Part shown: in pieces, positions 9,613-18,680 of the stretch
Numbering within the stretch: the stretch's first letter is position 1
Layout: every line of letters begins with the position of its first letter
Assembly: GCA_963934015.1 (NCBI GenBank)
Contig: CAWVWT010000005.1
Location: 4,692-68,691 of the forward strand
Direction: 5' to 3'
DNA from: an uncultured Candidatus Poseidoniales archaeon
Lineage (GTDB): Archaea; Thermoplasmatota; Poseidoniia; Poseidoniales; Thalassarchaeaceae
Length of the DNA: 64,000 nucleotides
The notes under the pieces: model-generated
Database searches by the model: none
Seen by the model: only the letters and a program-made list of their open reading frames with translations
Told to the model about the DNA's origin: nothing
Translations under genes and position numbers: made by a program

Positions 9613-10692
9613 TTAGAAGCCACCCGATAAGGCAACCATACAACCGAAGAATCCGATGATTGGATACGATACAATCGCCACCGTCGCGCCGATTCCCATC
9701 GCTTTCCCACCGCTCGCAGCAAAACCATAGATGATCATGCCGATGGCAGCGAGAGGTGCGGCCATGCACATCAACGTCGATATCACCTGCAATGCTTCCA
9801 TCGTTGCATACGTGCCGTCCACATCTTCCATTTCTTCCCGGTCATAGGTTTCCACACGGATGTCGAAGGTGGTCCCGTGATCTTCTCCATCATCATAATG
9901 GACGATGCCCGTTGCCTGAGTCCAACCTCCGACCGTCTCGCGAATACTGGATTCCATTTCAAATTCTGAGTCGTGGTCTTCACCATCATCGAAGTGCACA
10001 ACACCCTCGGAGGCATTCCAATGGCCCACTTGTTCTCTGCCTTCATCTCCATGTCTCCAAGTCTCCTTGATGATGATGAATCCGCCATCTGATTGGGTTC
10101 GACATTCATACCAGGCATCCTCGGATAGCCAATATGGCAGTTCACACCAACCAACAGATTCGTTCTCGTCGAGAGTGAGGTTTGCAGAGTATGCTGTGCC
10201 GTTCACGAGAACCAAATCAATCTCATGATCTGTAACTAGATGGAGGGTCAAACTAGATTCGTCCGATTCGCACTCATACCATTCATTTTGCCCTTCATTC
10301 TCCTTCACCCAGCAATGGTCGAGAAGTCGATCTGCAGACATACTGTAATTCGCTGTGTAGGACGTTCCATCTCCCCTTTCCATATCGATGTTCGTAGACT
10401 CCCAAGACTCATCATCCCACGGATCCATTGAGTCTACAATCATCATTAGAATCAAAGGGAGAAGCATGAGGAATAGTGGCACTCCAAGGCCGATGAAGAA
10501 TTTCTTCCAGACGAAGGGTTCCTTCTGAACCGCATACATTTGACCATCGGGGCCTGTGACATAGTTGTACTCGGCAGAAGCGTCTGGTGCTCCAGACAAG
10601 GCCTCTACGCCGGACAGGGTGGTTGGGGAACCGGTCAAACTAGGAGTATCCGCAGAAATAATCGGGGAATCGGGTTGGTGCTCATCACTCAT
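9613..10692 (-). CDS. membrane protein with an acidic, internally repeated ectodomain (function unknown)
   Basis: The ATG at 10692 (MSDEHQPD) overlaps the stop of the upstream radical SAM gene (ATGAGTGA). One N-proximal TM (FFIGLGVPLFLMLLPLILMMIV) and two C-terminal TMs. Duplicated motifs: NEWYECESD / DAWYECRTQ and GVVHFDDGEDH / GIVHYDDGEDH. Confidence 0.65.
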   Translation of the reverse strand: MSDEHQPDSPIISADTPSLTGSPTTLSGVEALSGAPDASAEYNYVTGPDGQMYAVQKEPFVWKKFFIGLGVPLFLMLLPLILMMIVDSMDPWDDESWESTNIDMERGDGTSYTANYSMSADRLLDHCWVKENEGQNEWYECESDESSLTLHLVTDHEIDLVLVNGTAYSANLTLDENESVGWCELPYWLSEDAWYECRTQSDGGFIIIKETWRHGDEGREQVGHWNASEGVVHFDDGEDHDSEFEMESSIRETVGGWTQATGIVHYDDGEDHGTTFDIRVETYDREEMEDVDGTYATMEALQVISTLMCMAAPLAAIGMIIYGFAASGGKAMGIGATVAIVSYPIIGFFGCMVALSGGF

Positions 10693-12187
10693 CTGCGACC
10701 TCTCCTTGTGCCATCGGTAGACTACCCAGTAAATTGCGCTTCTCATCGGGCGTTAAAAGTGCCATTCCCGCAAGTGCGAGCTCACGACGAATCGGCTCGA
10801 GGATCGTCTCCTCCAAATCTCCACGATAGAACATGTTGTATGTGTCAAACGGAATCAGTCGCAGGTCGGGGCTGACGATGTGGACGCAGGTTTTCTTGAC
10901 GCTTCGAAGATCAAATGAATGGGCATCGATGAAATCCATGATGATGATTCGGAATACATTGTCATAAGAGAATTCAGTCGGCATCTCCAATTCAGGCAGA
11001 CAGCACAGCAACTGTGCGAGAGAATGCCCAGCTGAATCGGGGCTGTGCGCAGTAGAAAGCAAATCCAGAATCTTGGCTTTCAATACCTGATCTCGCTCGA
11101 ACTGGATGGTCGAACGTGGGCCCGCGAGCAGTGTCTCATCATCGATATGCCGCGTGAGTGGAACAACGGTCTGACCCATTCGAAGCGCGTATGCCATGGC
11201 AATGGAATCTGGATGACAGGGGACTGGGAGCATATCCTCAATCTCAAAGGATTCTGATTGTTCGCCAATCATTCGACGAACTTCAGAGAGGGTCAAACGA
11301 TCTTTGGATACATCGTAATCCTCGTGGCGCCCCGCTTCCTGAATCGGCTGGAAGGTGACACCACGAACACAAGTCCAAGACTGTGCATGCTCGATGATAT
11401 TGCCAATTTCATGGTCGTTGAGTCCCTTCTGTAGTGTCACAACTAGGGTTGTCGATACATTGTGGGCCTCAAGATTCTCCAGTGCTCTCTGGCGAACATC
11501 ACGAAGATCCGCACCTCGGAGGCGCATCAACGGTTCTCGCTCAAGACTATCGAACTGCAGATAGAGTTCGAACCCTGGGTTGTATTCTGCCAATCTGGCT
11601 GCGAATTCGGGCTCGTTGGCAATACGGATTCCGTTTGTATTGACCATGAGATGCTTGACTGGTCGCTCACGAACGGCATCAAGGATGTCGAAGAAGTTGG
11701 GGTGAAGAGTTGGCTCACCGCCTGAAATCTGGATGACATCCGGTTCAAGCTCATTTTCGACTACCGCATCGAGCATCTCTATGATGTGCTCCAGTGTGCG
11801 ATAGTCTTCCTTGCGCTCGGGTCCACTGTCCGCATAGCAGATGGGGCATTTGAGATTGCAATGATCGGTCACTTCAATCAATGTCAGGCAAGAGTGTTGC
11901 TCGTGGGATGGGCAAAGACCGCAATCGTAGGGGCAACCGTACTTCATTGGAGTGTTCCAACGTTCAGGCATCTCACTGGGCTTGACATAGACTTCGCGGC
12001 ATCGACGATAATACTCTGCATCATCGGAAAGCAACACTTTCTCTCGCTTGGCACATGAATAACACAACTTGTCCATGTAGACGTTGTTTCCCTGGATAAT
12101 GATTTTACCTTCAGTGCGTCGTAAACAATCGGAACAAACGCTGGTTGCTGAATCATAGAACAAGTAGTCTCGAACCTTCCCGCTCAT
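10685..12187 (-). CDS. radical SAM enzyme with an N-terminal Cys4 ribbon and an auxiliary Cys cluster; the architecture resembles the archaeal tetraether lipid synthase (Tes / GDGT-MAS) family
   Basis: CSDC...CYSC ribbon, GCPYDCGLCPSHEQHSC, radical SAM motif CNLKCPICY, and ISGGEPT. The family assignment is from remembered architecture, not a search. Confidence 0.55.
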   Translation of the reverse strand: MSGKVRDYLFYDSATSVCSDCLRRTEGKIIIQGNNVYMDKLCYSCAKREKVLLSDDAEYYRRCREVYVKPSEMPERWNTPMKYGCPYDCGLCPSHEQHSCLTLIEVTDHCNLKCPICYADSGPERKEDYRTLEHIIEMLDAVVENELEPDVIQISGGEPTLHPNFFDILDAVRERPVKHLMVNTNGIRIANEPEFAARLAEYNPGFELYLQFDSLEREPLMRLRGADLRDVRQRALENLEAHNVSTTLVVTLQKGLNDHEIGNIIEHAQSWTCVRGVTFQPIQEAGRHEDYDVSKDRLTLSEVRRMIGEQSESFEIEDMLPVPCHPDSIAMAYALRMGQTVVPLTRHIDDETLLAGPRSTIQFERDQVLKAKILDLLSTAHSPDSAGHSLAQLLCCLPELEMPTEFSYDNVFRIIIMDFIDAHSFDLRSVKKTCVHIVSPDLRLIPFDTYNMFYRGDLEETILEPIRRELALAGMALLTPDEKRNLLGSLPMAQGEVADE

Positions 12188-12195
12188 GTTGGCTT

Positions 12196-12924
12196 CTAAT
12201 TCGCTTCATCTATTGAACGTTCACCCGGCTTACCGTAGGTAAAAAACCACAGCAATCCGAGTACACAGGCCCATTGAATCGGTGTGAGACCCACCCATTC
12301 TACCGGTGTTGTATCCTTGATTGAATCAACGATAATTCTCCATATCAAATACAATACCATGAATGTTTGGAATCGTTGGCCTGTAAGGGGGTTCTCCCAT
12401 TTCTCAAGGAATACCCAAATGGCACCAAGTGCGAGTATACCATACAACTGAGTGGGGTGTCGAGCACCATCCCCAAAGTCAACACCCCACGGTAAATCGG
12501 TGTGGTAACCATAAGTTGCATCGGGCAATCCCGTCAAGAAGCAACCCATTCGTCCAATTGCCATCGAAATGATGAGCGGGGTCACATAGACATCCCCGGT
12601 ACGAACGGTGATACCCAGTATTTTCTTTGCGACCTCAATTCCAATTGTACCACCTAATAATCCACCAACAATGGTTTTTCCACCTAGGAATAGAATTGGG
12701 ACATCAGAAGTGATTTCATTCGAGTGTTCAATCAATGCCAACAAGCGAGCACCGAAAAGAGCTCCAACCAATGCTGCAAGGATTAACCATGCTCGATTCT
12801 CACTATCGACGGAGTCCCCATGAATACGCCTCTCACGCATGAGAATTGCGAATCCGACTCCATATCCAAGTATCTCAAACACGAGATGGGCTGGAATCCC
12901 AAAAAAGTCGACTGGGAACTCCAC
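12196..12924 (-). CDS. prolipoprotein diacylglyceryl transferase (Lgt) family protein
   Basis: Polytopic membrane protein with Lgt-like motifs GGKTIVGGLLGG, GRMGCFLTG, ARHPTQLYG and WRIIVDSIK. GTG start. Stop lies 8 nt before the radical SAM start. Confidence 0.7.
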   Translation of the reverse strand: MEFPVDFFGIPAHLVFEILGYGVGFAILMRERRIHGDSVDSENRAWLILAALVGALFGARLLALIEHSNEITSDVPILFLGGKTIVGGLLGGTIGIEVAKKILGITVRTGDVYVTPLIISMAIGRMGCFLTGLPDATYGYHTDLPWGVDFGDGARHPTQLYGILALGAIWVFLEKWENPLTGQRFQTFMVLYLIWRIIVDSIKDTTPVEWVGLTPIQWACVLGLLWFFTYGKPGERSIDEAN

Positions 12925-12966
12925 AATCCCCCGTGAAGGATACGGCCCTTAACGCTGAGGAAGGTG

Positions 12967-13008
12967 AAAATAAAAAAAAAAGTGACACGGGGGCGGAAAA
13001 CCGCCCCC
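12967..13008 (-). terminator. intrinsic-terminator-like element downstream of the NPA-less MIP gene
   Basis: On the minus strand: GGGGGCGG-UUUU-CCGCCCCC (13008..12989), then 7 nt, then a U-run (UUUUUUUUUUAUUUU, 12981..12967). Confidence 0.6.
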
Positions 13009-13049
13009 GAACCACCTGTAAGTTATCTTGAGTTTTGCCAGTATTAGGC

Positions 13050-13652
13050 TTACTCTTCTTCGAAAATTTGGTCGCTAAGCATCAAAGATGCTGCTGCGCC
13101 AATACCACCGACGATCAACGTACCAAATATGGCGACGAAGTTCTCCGTGTTTCCGATTTCACCAGCGGCAAGAGTTCCACCGAGGCTACTAGCCGAAGCT
13201 AGCGTTACACCTGCAACGATGAGAACTGATGCAAACGCACCCGCTTCCCATCCGCCGCCAAGGCGATCCCAGACAGTCATCATCAAGAAACCACCTAGTA
13301 GAGCAGTTACTGCACCGGTTGCATCCAGTTCAGCCGCTGCTGCAAAGACAGTCTCACCTTGCCATGCAAGTACACCTGCACCAATCAGACCACCGAGGAT
13401 CTGCATGCAAAAATTCAGTGCACCTGTTTGCCAATCCGTTCGTCCGGCTGCCATGTTACCAATCGTGATGATCGGCAAAATTTCAGATCCCTTAAACGTC
13501 ATCCACATAATTGCAAGAGTCACACCAGCTGCGCCAGCCATCACTGCACTCTCATGAGGAGCCCCATCTGCACTGATGGTACCCCAAACAAGTAGCGTAA
13601 TTGCCAAGCTACCGATGGCCTCTGCGACCATTCCCTTCTCATTCATTTCCAT
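13050..13652 (-). CDS. divergent MIP-superfamily-like membrane protein lacking both NPA motifs
   Basis: 200 aa with six Gly/Ala-rich hydrophobic segments. It aligns by eye to the neighbouring aquaporin: ITIGNMAAGRTDWQTGALNFCMQILGGLIGAG vs INPAVTIGFMATNRIDSKLGLQYIAAQLGGAILAG, and GGTLAAGEIGNTENF vs GPLTGAAMNPARW. Confidence 0.5.
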   Translation of the reverse strand: MEMNEKGMVAEAIGSLAITLLVWGTISADGAPHESAVMAGAAGVTLAIMWMTFKGSEILPIITIGNMAAGRTDWQTGALNFCMQILGGLIGAGVLAWQGETVFAAAAELDATGAVTALLGGFLMMTVWDRLGGGWEAGAFASVLIVAGVTLASASSLGGTLAAGEIGNTENFVAIFGTLIVGGIGAAASLMLSDQIFEEE

Positions 13653-13702
13653 TTTTTCATCCTGCTCGCTGCGTGTCGAGCGCTTCCGCCTTTTTCGGTC
13701 AG

Positions 13703-13710
13703 TATTTAAA
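13703..13710 (-). promoter_or_regulatory. candidate archaeal TATA box for the 13050..13652 gene
   Basis: The minus strand reads TTTAAATA (consensus-like TTTAWATA), about 50 nt upstream of the ATG at 13652 in an AT-rich spacer. Confidence 0.35.
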
Positions 13711-13820
13711 GAGGGTAGATTAAAATTAATGCAAAACCACAGTTATTTGGTAGTTTTCTGATATCCACACACCCAATAATAATAACAATTAAAATCGATA
13801 TATGGTTCGCAGTACAGCGT

Positions 13821-14630
13821 TTACCTCTGGCAACTGCTGCAATAGAAGGTAGACCGGCCAGATTGAACCACTCTTTGAATTAAATTTGAACACTCTACTG
13901 AAGTACAACTTTGACCTTCTCGGTCATACACAGCAAACTCATGCGGAAAATAACCTAAATTACCATCGATTTGTTTGAATTGACCATCTCTAAGTGTGGA
14001 ACCGCCAGCCTCTATGGCTGCGGATAGGACATTTTGAGTTTCAATGTAAATACATTCAGCCTTTCGTTTTGAGATGTTTTTGGCTAACCGATTAGGGGAT
14101 ACGCCCGCCCTAAACAGAATTTCGCTCGCATAGATATTACCAATGCCGACTACAATCTTCTGATCTAACAAAGCTGACTTGATTGAAATATTACGCCCCT
14201 TCAGAGATAAGTGTAAGATTGCCCCGTTCCATTCTGAATCAAAAGGCTCTGGACCGAGGTGAATGAGCAATTTGTGTTCATTGTCCCCATGGATGAGGTC
14301 CATAATTCCAAAACGGCGAGGGTCTGTGTAAACCAAACGAGACCCATCCACAAAATCGATGACGACATGGTCGTGCTTCCCTTCCAGTGTTTTCCCAAAA
14401 CGACCCGTCATTCCTAAATGGGCCAACCATGTCAGATTATTCTCTAAACGAATCAACAAATATTTCGCACGTCTATCGACCGCTATGATTTTTCGACCTG
14501 CAATAGAATCCATATCATCAGGAAAAGGAAAACGAAGATCAGCACGGTTCAGTTCAACCGATAGAATTTCTTTTCCAATCAACCCCATTAAACCACGGCG
14601 AACCGTTTCAACTTCGGGTAATTCTGGCAT
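13821..14630 (-). CDS. mutM: formamidopyrimidine-DNA glycosylase (Fpg/MutM)
   Basis: N-terminal MPELPEVETVRRGL with catalytic Pro2, so the ATG at 14630 is the start. H2TH region. C-terminal zinc finger CTSVECSNLIQRVVQSGRSTFYCSSCQ. The ATG shares one nt with the fibrillarin stop (TGATG). Confidence 0.9.
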   Translation of the reverse strand: MPELPEVETVRRGLMGLIGKEILSVELNRADLRFPFPDDMDSIAGRKIIAVDRRAKYLLIRLENNLTWLAHLGMTGRFGKTLEGKHDHVVIDFVDGSRLVYTDPRRFGIMDLIHGDNEHKLLIHLGPEPFDSEWNGAILHLSLKGRNISIKSALLDQKIVVGIGNIYASEILFRAGVSPNRLAKNISKRKAECIYIETQNVLSAAIEAGGSTLRDGQFKQIDGNLGYFPHEFAVYDREGQSCTSVECSNLIQRVVQSGRSTFYCSSCQR

Positions 14631-15298
14631 CACCACACCACATGAAAGAGAACATGTTGATCTTCCCAGCCAGCTAAATTGATTCTCTCAACCAATGTAA
14701 ATCCTGCATTCTTTAGTGACTTCTCAGCATAATCAAATGCACCCTGTGTGTCGCGTTCACTGGCTGATTTTAGAGATAATAGTCCAGTTCCATTAGGTGT
14801 CAAAAAATGGTGACAAGTTTCGATGAACATCTCAACTTGTCCCGATTGAGATACATCTTGAAACACCCACTGCACTTTCTTTGAAATAAAAGGTGTGATG
14901 TGTTCAGTATGTCGACAATCTGCCATCACCGGTACGATGCCTGGGCGCGCTTTCGACAATCGGATCATATCACGAATGCATCGATATGAAATATCGACTG
15001 CAACAATCGTCCCTCCAAGGTGATTCTTTGCACCGCACATGTGATCATGCAAGTGACTGATGGTTGTACCATGGCCCGACCCCAAGTACAAACACATCGA
15101 ACCTGGTTCAGGTAGAAGACCTATTTCTGATGCTTTGATTAAGGCGGCTCCAAGTTTTGATGATCGTGGATTCCATTGTCTCCATTCTTTACGCCCATCC
15201 CTCTTCAGGCGTTCTCCACGCAAACTGACACCTTTGACCGCGTTACGAGACCAGAGACTGCGCCCCTGGATTTCAACCCGCTCGGAGAATGATTTCAA
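14630..15298 (-). CDS. flpA: fibrillarin (box C/D sRNP 2'-O-methyltransferase)
   Basis: WNPRSSKLGAALIK, LYLGSGHGTTISHL and VFQDVSQ. The likely start is the TTG at 15298. It is preceded by GGAGGTGA, whose TGA is the Nop5 stop. The track start at 15388 would overlap Nop5 by 86 nt. Confidence 0.9.
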   Translation of the reverse strand: MKSFSERVEIQGRSLWSRNAVKGVSLRGERLKRDGRKEWRQWNPRSSKLGAALIKASEIGLLPEPGSMCLYLGSGHGTTISHLHDHMCGAKNHLGGTIVAVDISYRCIRDMIRLSKARPGIVPVMADCRHTEHITPFISKKVQWVFQDVSQSGQVEMFIETCHHFLTPNGTGLLSLKSASERDTQGAFDYAEKSLKNAGFTLVERINLAGWEDQHVLFHVVW

Positions 15299-15302
15299 AC
15301 CC

Positions 15303-16289
15303 TCACCTCCGGCTTTTACGTGCACGAATTTCACCGACTTTATGCTCAATCTCTGAGATTTCTTTGGATGTCCAAGTCTTGCCTCCAAAATGGTCGATAC
15401 GAGCGGCTATGGCCGCTTTGGCGGCAAGCATTCGAGCAATCGAACCACGGGTCCACTTAGGGCTTCGACAAATCCACGAGTGCTGGAAAATGTGGCCGTG
15501 TTTGGGTGGAAGTGTTCCTTGCCGGATATGCATGAAGAAGGCGGTCTCAGCCCCTAGGACTTGAATTGTACTCGCTGGAAGGCGAGCTAATCTACCCCTC
15601 CCGTGGGCTGTAGTGCAAAGTTTTGCAGCCAGAAGGGGGCCAAGCAATAACGAAAGTGATGGTAAGTGGGTACTCGAAAGTTCTCGAACCGAATCTTCCA
15701 TTCTTTCAACATCCGCGGCTAAATTCACTGTCGAACTAGCCAATGAATGAATTCCGGACCATTCTTTTTTTCCAACTTCTACTCCAGCCGATGTGGTATC
15801 AAGACGTTCAGCAGTTTCCTGAAAATTTTCTGACCCTGTTACTGCAGCAGCAATCTGATTGCGGTTTAAATCTAAGTCTAGGTTAGGAAGAAAAAGTCCA
15901 GCCCATTCAACGATGCGGGATTCAAGTGTGTTGTGTGCGGTTCGCATCTCTTCTGTCGCCCGGACAAGATGCTCGAGGCGGGAGTCTGGGTTTGATGCGG
16001 AATCCGCTACACTCCGTTCCGCGAGTTTGATAGACGCTTCTTGTAATAGAATGGATTCATGTAATTCCAAATCAGGCCAAGAATTTACAGTGGTTGAAGG
16101 AGTCACTATACACCCGGGGAATCGATCTGCGAGGGTTCTTGCTTCGGTTGTCATTCGACCATCCATAAGTAAAGCCAAACGTTCAGCCAGTGCTACAGGG
16201 GTCTGTTTTCCACCCCAGATACACTCGTCAACAACCCCCTGATTATCATCATAGACGCGAGCAAAACGCCAATCCCACACGAGTTTCAT
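15303..16289 (-). CDS. Nop56/58 (Nop5) box C/D sRNP core protein
   Basis: Nop domain LLGPLLAAKLCTTAHGRGRLARLPASTIQVLGAETAFF...PKHGHIFQH. I prefer the start at 16289 (MKLVWDW) because it leaves a 100-nt divergent spacer to tfs. The longest ORF reaches 16454. Confidence 0.85.
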   Translation of the reverse strand: MKLVWDWRFARVYDDNQGVVDECIWGGKQTPVALAERLALLMDGRMTTEARTLADRFPGCIVTPSTTVNSWPDLELHESILLQEASIKLAERSVADSASNPDSRLEHLVRATEEMRTAHNTLESRIVEWAGLFLPNLDLDLNRNQIAAAVTGSENFQETAERLDTTSAGVEVGKKEWSGIHSLASSTVNLAADVERMEDSVRELSSTHLPSLSLLLGPLLAAKLCTTAHGRGRLARLPASTIQVLGAETAFFMHIRQGTLPPKHGHIFQHSWICRSPKWTRGSIARMLAAKAAIAARIDHFGGKTWTSKEISEIEHKVGEIRARKSRR

Positions 16290-16389
16290 AATTGACGCAG
16301 ACCCCTCCCCTTCAAAGTCCGTGCGGAACGGTATATTGGAAAGCCATGTCATAGGATTGTTCAAGTGTAATGATTTCACGGATGGTCCC

Positions 16390-16743
16390 ATGTTCTGTCC
16401 AGAATGTGGAACGTTAGCATTCCCAGACCCTTCAGGTCGAATTAAATGCCCCAACTACAATTGCGGCTACAGCGGTGACGCTGAAAACAAGGTTACAATG
16501 GAAGATGGGACTGAAATTGACATCTCTAAAGCAACTTCAAGCAGCAAGGCTGAATCAAGAGACCGAAGGGTGATTGAAGATTCAGAACAACAACGTGGCG
16601 TCTTAACGACTAACACGTACATCTGCCCAAAATGTGATTCAGATAAGGTCTTTGCCGAATTACAACAAACGCGTGCCTCTGATGAACCTGAAACTCGAAT
16701 CTTGACTTGTTCCGAATGTATGCATGGATGGCGAGAATACTGA
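16390..16743 (+). CDS. tfs: transcription factor S (TFS / RpoM, TFIIS C-terminal ribbon type)
   Basis: N-terminal ribbon MFCPECGTLAF...KCPNYNCG. C-terminal ribbon YICPKCDSDKVFAELQQTRASDEPETRILTCSECMHGW carrying the acidic SDEP loop. A TATATT motif at 16332..16337 lies upstream. Confidence 0.9.
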   Translation: MFCPECGTLAFPDPSGRIKCPNYNCGYSGDAENKVTMEDGTEIDISKATSSSKAESRDRRVIEDSEQQRGVLTTNTYICPKCDSDKVFAELQQTRASDEPETRILTCSECMHGWREY

Positions 16744-16825
16744 TTTGGCCTCAAACACCGAAGGTGTTCTGAAGTGAACCCTTTTTAGCCCCCTCTGCTG
16801 AGAAGTTAGTGAGTACGGTGGACCT

Positions 16826-17569
16826 ATGCTGAATATCACTGCTAAACAAGATACGATGAGAACCATCGTAGACATTCTCACGGTCCTTGTTGAGGATGCT
16901 AAATTCAAATTTGAAGATGGGCACCTCGAGGTTCGAGCAGTGGATGCAATGCATGTCGCAATGGTGCGAATGGAGATTGATGCTGCAGCCTTTGAAGCAT
17001 GGGAATGTGAGCCATGTACGATTGGATTTGAATTAAAGAAACTTCATGACCTCATCGGCTTGGCTGAAGCCGGAGATCTAATCGAAATGAATTATGATGA
17101 AAACGATGGAAGAGTCAACATCCAAGTTGGTGAAATCAATCGAACCATTCGACCATTAGATCGTGCTACAATGCTAGAGCCCCGGGTTCCTGATGTCGAA
17201 TTGCACAGTTCTGTCAAACTTTCCGCAATCAAGTTCAGTCGTGCACTGCGTGCAGCCAAGCAGGTTGGTGACTTGGCAACCATTTCCCTCAATGCTCAAT
17301 CATTTGGTGTGAATGTCAGCGGCGACACTGATACGGTCAATGTCTCATATGATGCTGGTGAATTGCAGGATTTGGTCTGTGACGGACCGGTGAAGAGTCA
17401 ATACAGCCTATCCCTACTCTACCCAATGGCCAAGCGAATGGAAGCAATTGTAGACAGCGTCACCTTGTTCTTCAATGAGAATCATCCACTCCGGTTGGAA
17501 TTTGAATTTGCAGACGGAGCAGGTCGTTGTGTCTACTTCCTCGCACCAAGAATTGAAGGCGATGCGTGA
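16826..17569 (+). CDS. pcn: DNA polymerase sliding clamp (PCNA)
   Basis: 247 aa with the typical archaeal PCNA length and pattern: FKFEDGHLEVRAVDAMHVAMVRMEI, second-domain repeat, C-terminal LAPRIE. Confidence 0.85.
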   Translation: MLNITAKQDTMRTIVDILTVLVEDAKFKFEDGHLEVRAVDAMHVAMVRMEIDAAAFEAWECEPCTIGFELKKLHDLIGLAEAGDLIEMNYDENDGRVNIQVGEINRTIRPLDRATMLEPRVPDVELHSSVKLSAIKFSRALRAAKQVGDLATISLNAQSFGVNVSGDTDTVNVSYDAGELQDLVCDGPVKSQYSLSLLYPMAKRMEAIVDSVTLFFNENHPLRLEFEFADGAGRCVYFLAPRIEGDA

Positions 17570-17582
17570 ACCCGCGTAGAAC

Positions 17583-18680
17583 ATGGCAAGCCCTAGGGTA
17601 TGCGTGATTATCCCCACCCTTCGTAATGCGGAAGAGTTGGAAATAGCCCTCAATGGGCTATCAAATCAGACTTGGGGTGGTTCTTTGGAAATTGCCATTG
17701 TTGGTCCAACGAATGACCCGGGGCAAGCCATTGCAGAATCATCTGGAGCAACTTGGGTTGATGATGCGGGAAGTCGGACTCGTGCAGATGCATGCAATGT
17801 GGCACTCAGAACCATTGATTGTGATATCGTTTTATTCACAGATGATGATGTGTGGATTCCAGAAGATTGGGTTGCAAACCTTGTTCGCTGGTTTGACAGA
17901 GAAGATGTTGCTGGAGTTGGCGGCCCAAATTTTGCTCCATGTGACCGCAGGTCGACTTTTTGGCAACGCGTTATCGATGTGACATTTTGCTCCAAATGGG
18001 TAACTGCAGGTACGAATTATGGGAATCGTGGTTCGGAACAATTGACGCCTGCGACACAGTTACCCGGAGTGAATGCTGCTTATCGAAAATCCGTTCTTGA
18101 TGAAATCGGTGGATTTGATAAAGGTGCAATCGGTTGTGAGGACGCGATGATGGATCACAGAATCGTGCTGGAGGGACACCAATTATGGCAGGACAGGGAT
18201 GCTATCATGTGGCATCGCCGAAGAAATCCGGACCGAGTTCGAAAACAAATCAGAAATTATGGTCTTGTTCGTATTTTGGCCAGCCGTATCCACCCTGGTA
18301 TGAAATCATGGAGTCATACTGCAGTGGGAATGTTCCCCCTACTTGTCCTAGCCGCGTTGGCTGCATTTGTCTATGGTTCACTCAATGGTGGCTTATCGTG
18401 GCCAAATGTCTGGGACATTTCATTGGAATCTGTACCCATGGGGCTGAAACGTACCATGGTACACCTTCCAATCAGCCTTGCAGGATTCTATCTGGCGTTA
18501 TGTTGGTTTGGCGCCGCTCTGGGTACATCTCCCTCACGTACGTTACCAACCATTTTGTTGGCTCCTGTGATGACATTCCTGATGCATTGGTCATATGGTT
18601 GGGGTGTCTTGACCGCTTGGTGGAGAATCTACATCACCAAAAATGCGGGTTTACAAATCGATGACAAAGATCGCTCCTAG
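17583..18680 (+). CDS. family 2 glycosyltransferase with a C-terminal membrane domain
   Basis: VCVIIPTLRNAEEL, LFTDDDVW (DxD), GVNAAYRK, then about 4 TM segments. Confidence 0.8.
   Translation: MASPRVCVIIPTLRNAEELEIALNGLSNQTWGGSLEIAIVGPTNDPGQAIAESSGATWVDDAGSRTRADACNVALRTIDCDIVLFTDDDVWIPEDWVANLVRWFDREDVAGVGGPNFAPCDRRSTFWQRVIDVTFCSKWVTAGTNYGNRGSEQLTPATQLPGVNAAYRKSVLDEIGGFDKGAIGCEDAMMDHRIVLEGHQLWQDRDAIMWHRRRNPDRVRKQIRNYGLVRILASRIHPGMKSWSHTAVGMFPLLVLAALAAFVYGSLNGGLSWPNVWDISLESVPMGLKRTMVHLPISLAGFYLALCWFGAALGTSPSRTLPTILLAPVMTFLMHWSYGWGVLTAWWRIYITKNAGLQIDDKDRS

Noticed and set aside
15299-15388. Long N-terminal extension of fibrillarin, and similarly 16290..16454 for Nop5 and 14631..14636 for Fpg
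   Set aside because: The extensions overlap neighbouring genes and lack similarity to the family N-termini. Internal starts with SD-like motifs or the obligatory Met-Pro of Fpg fit better.
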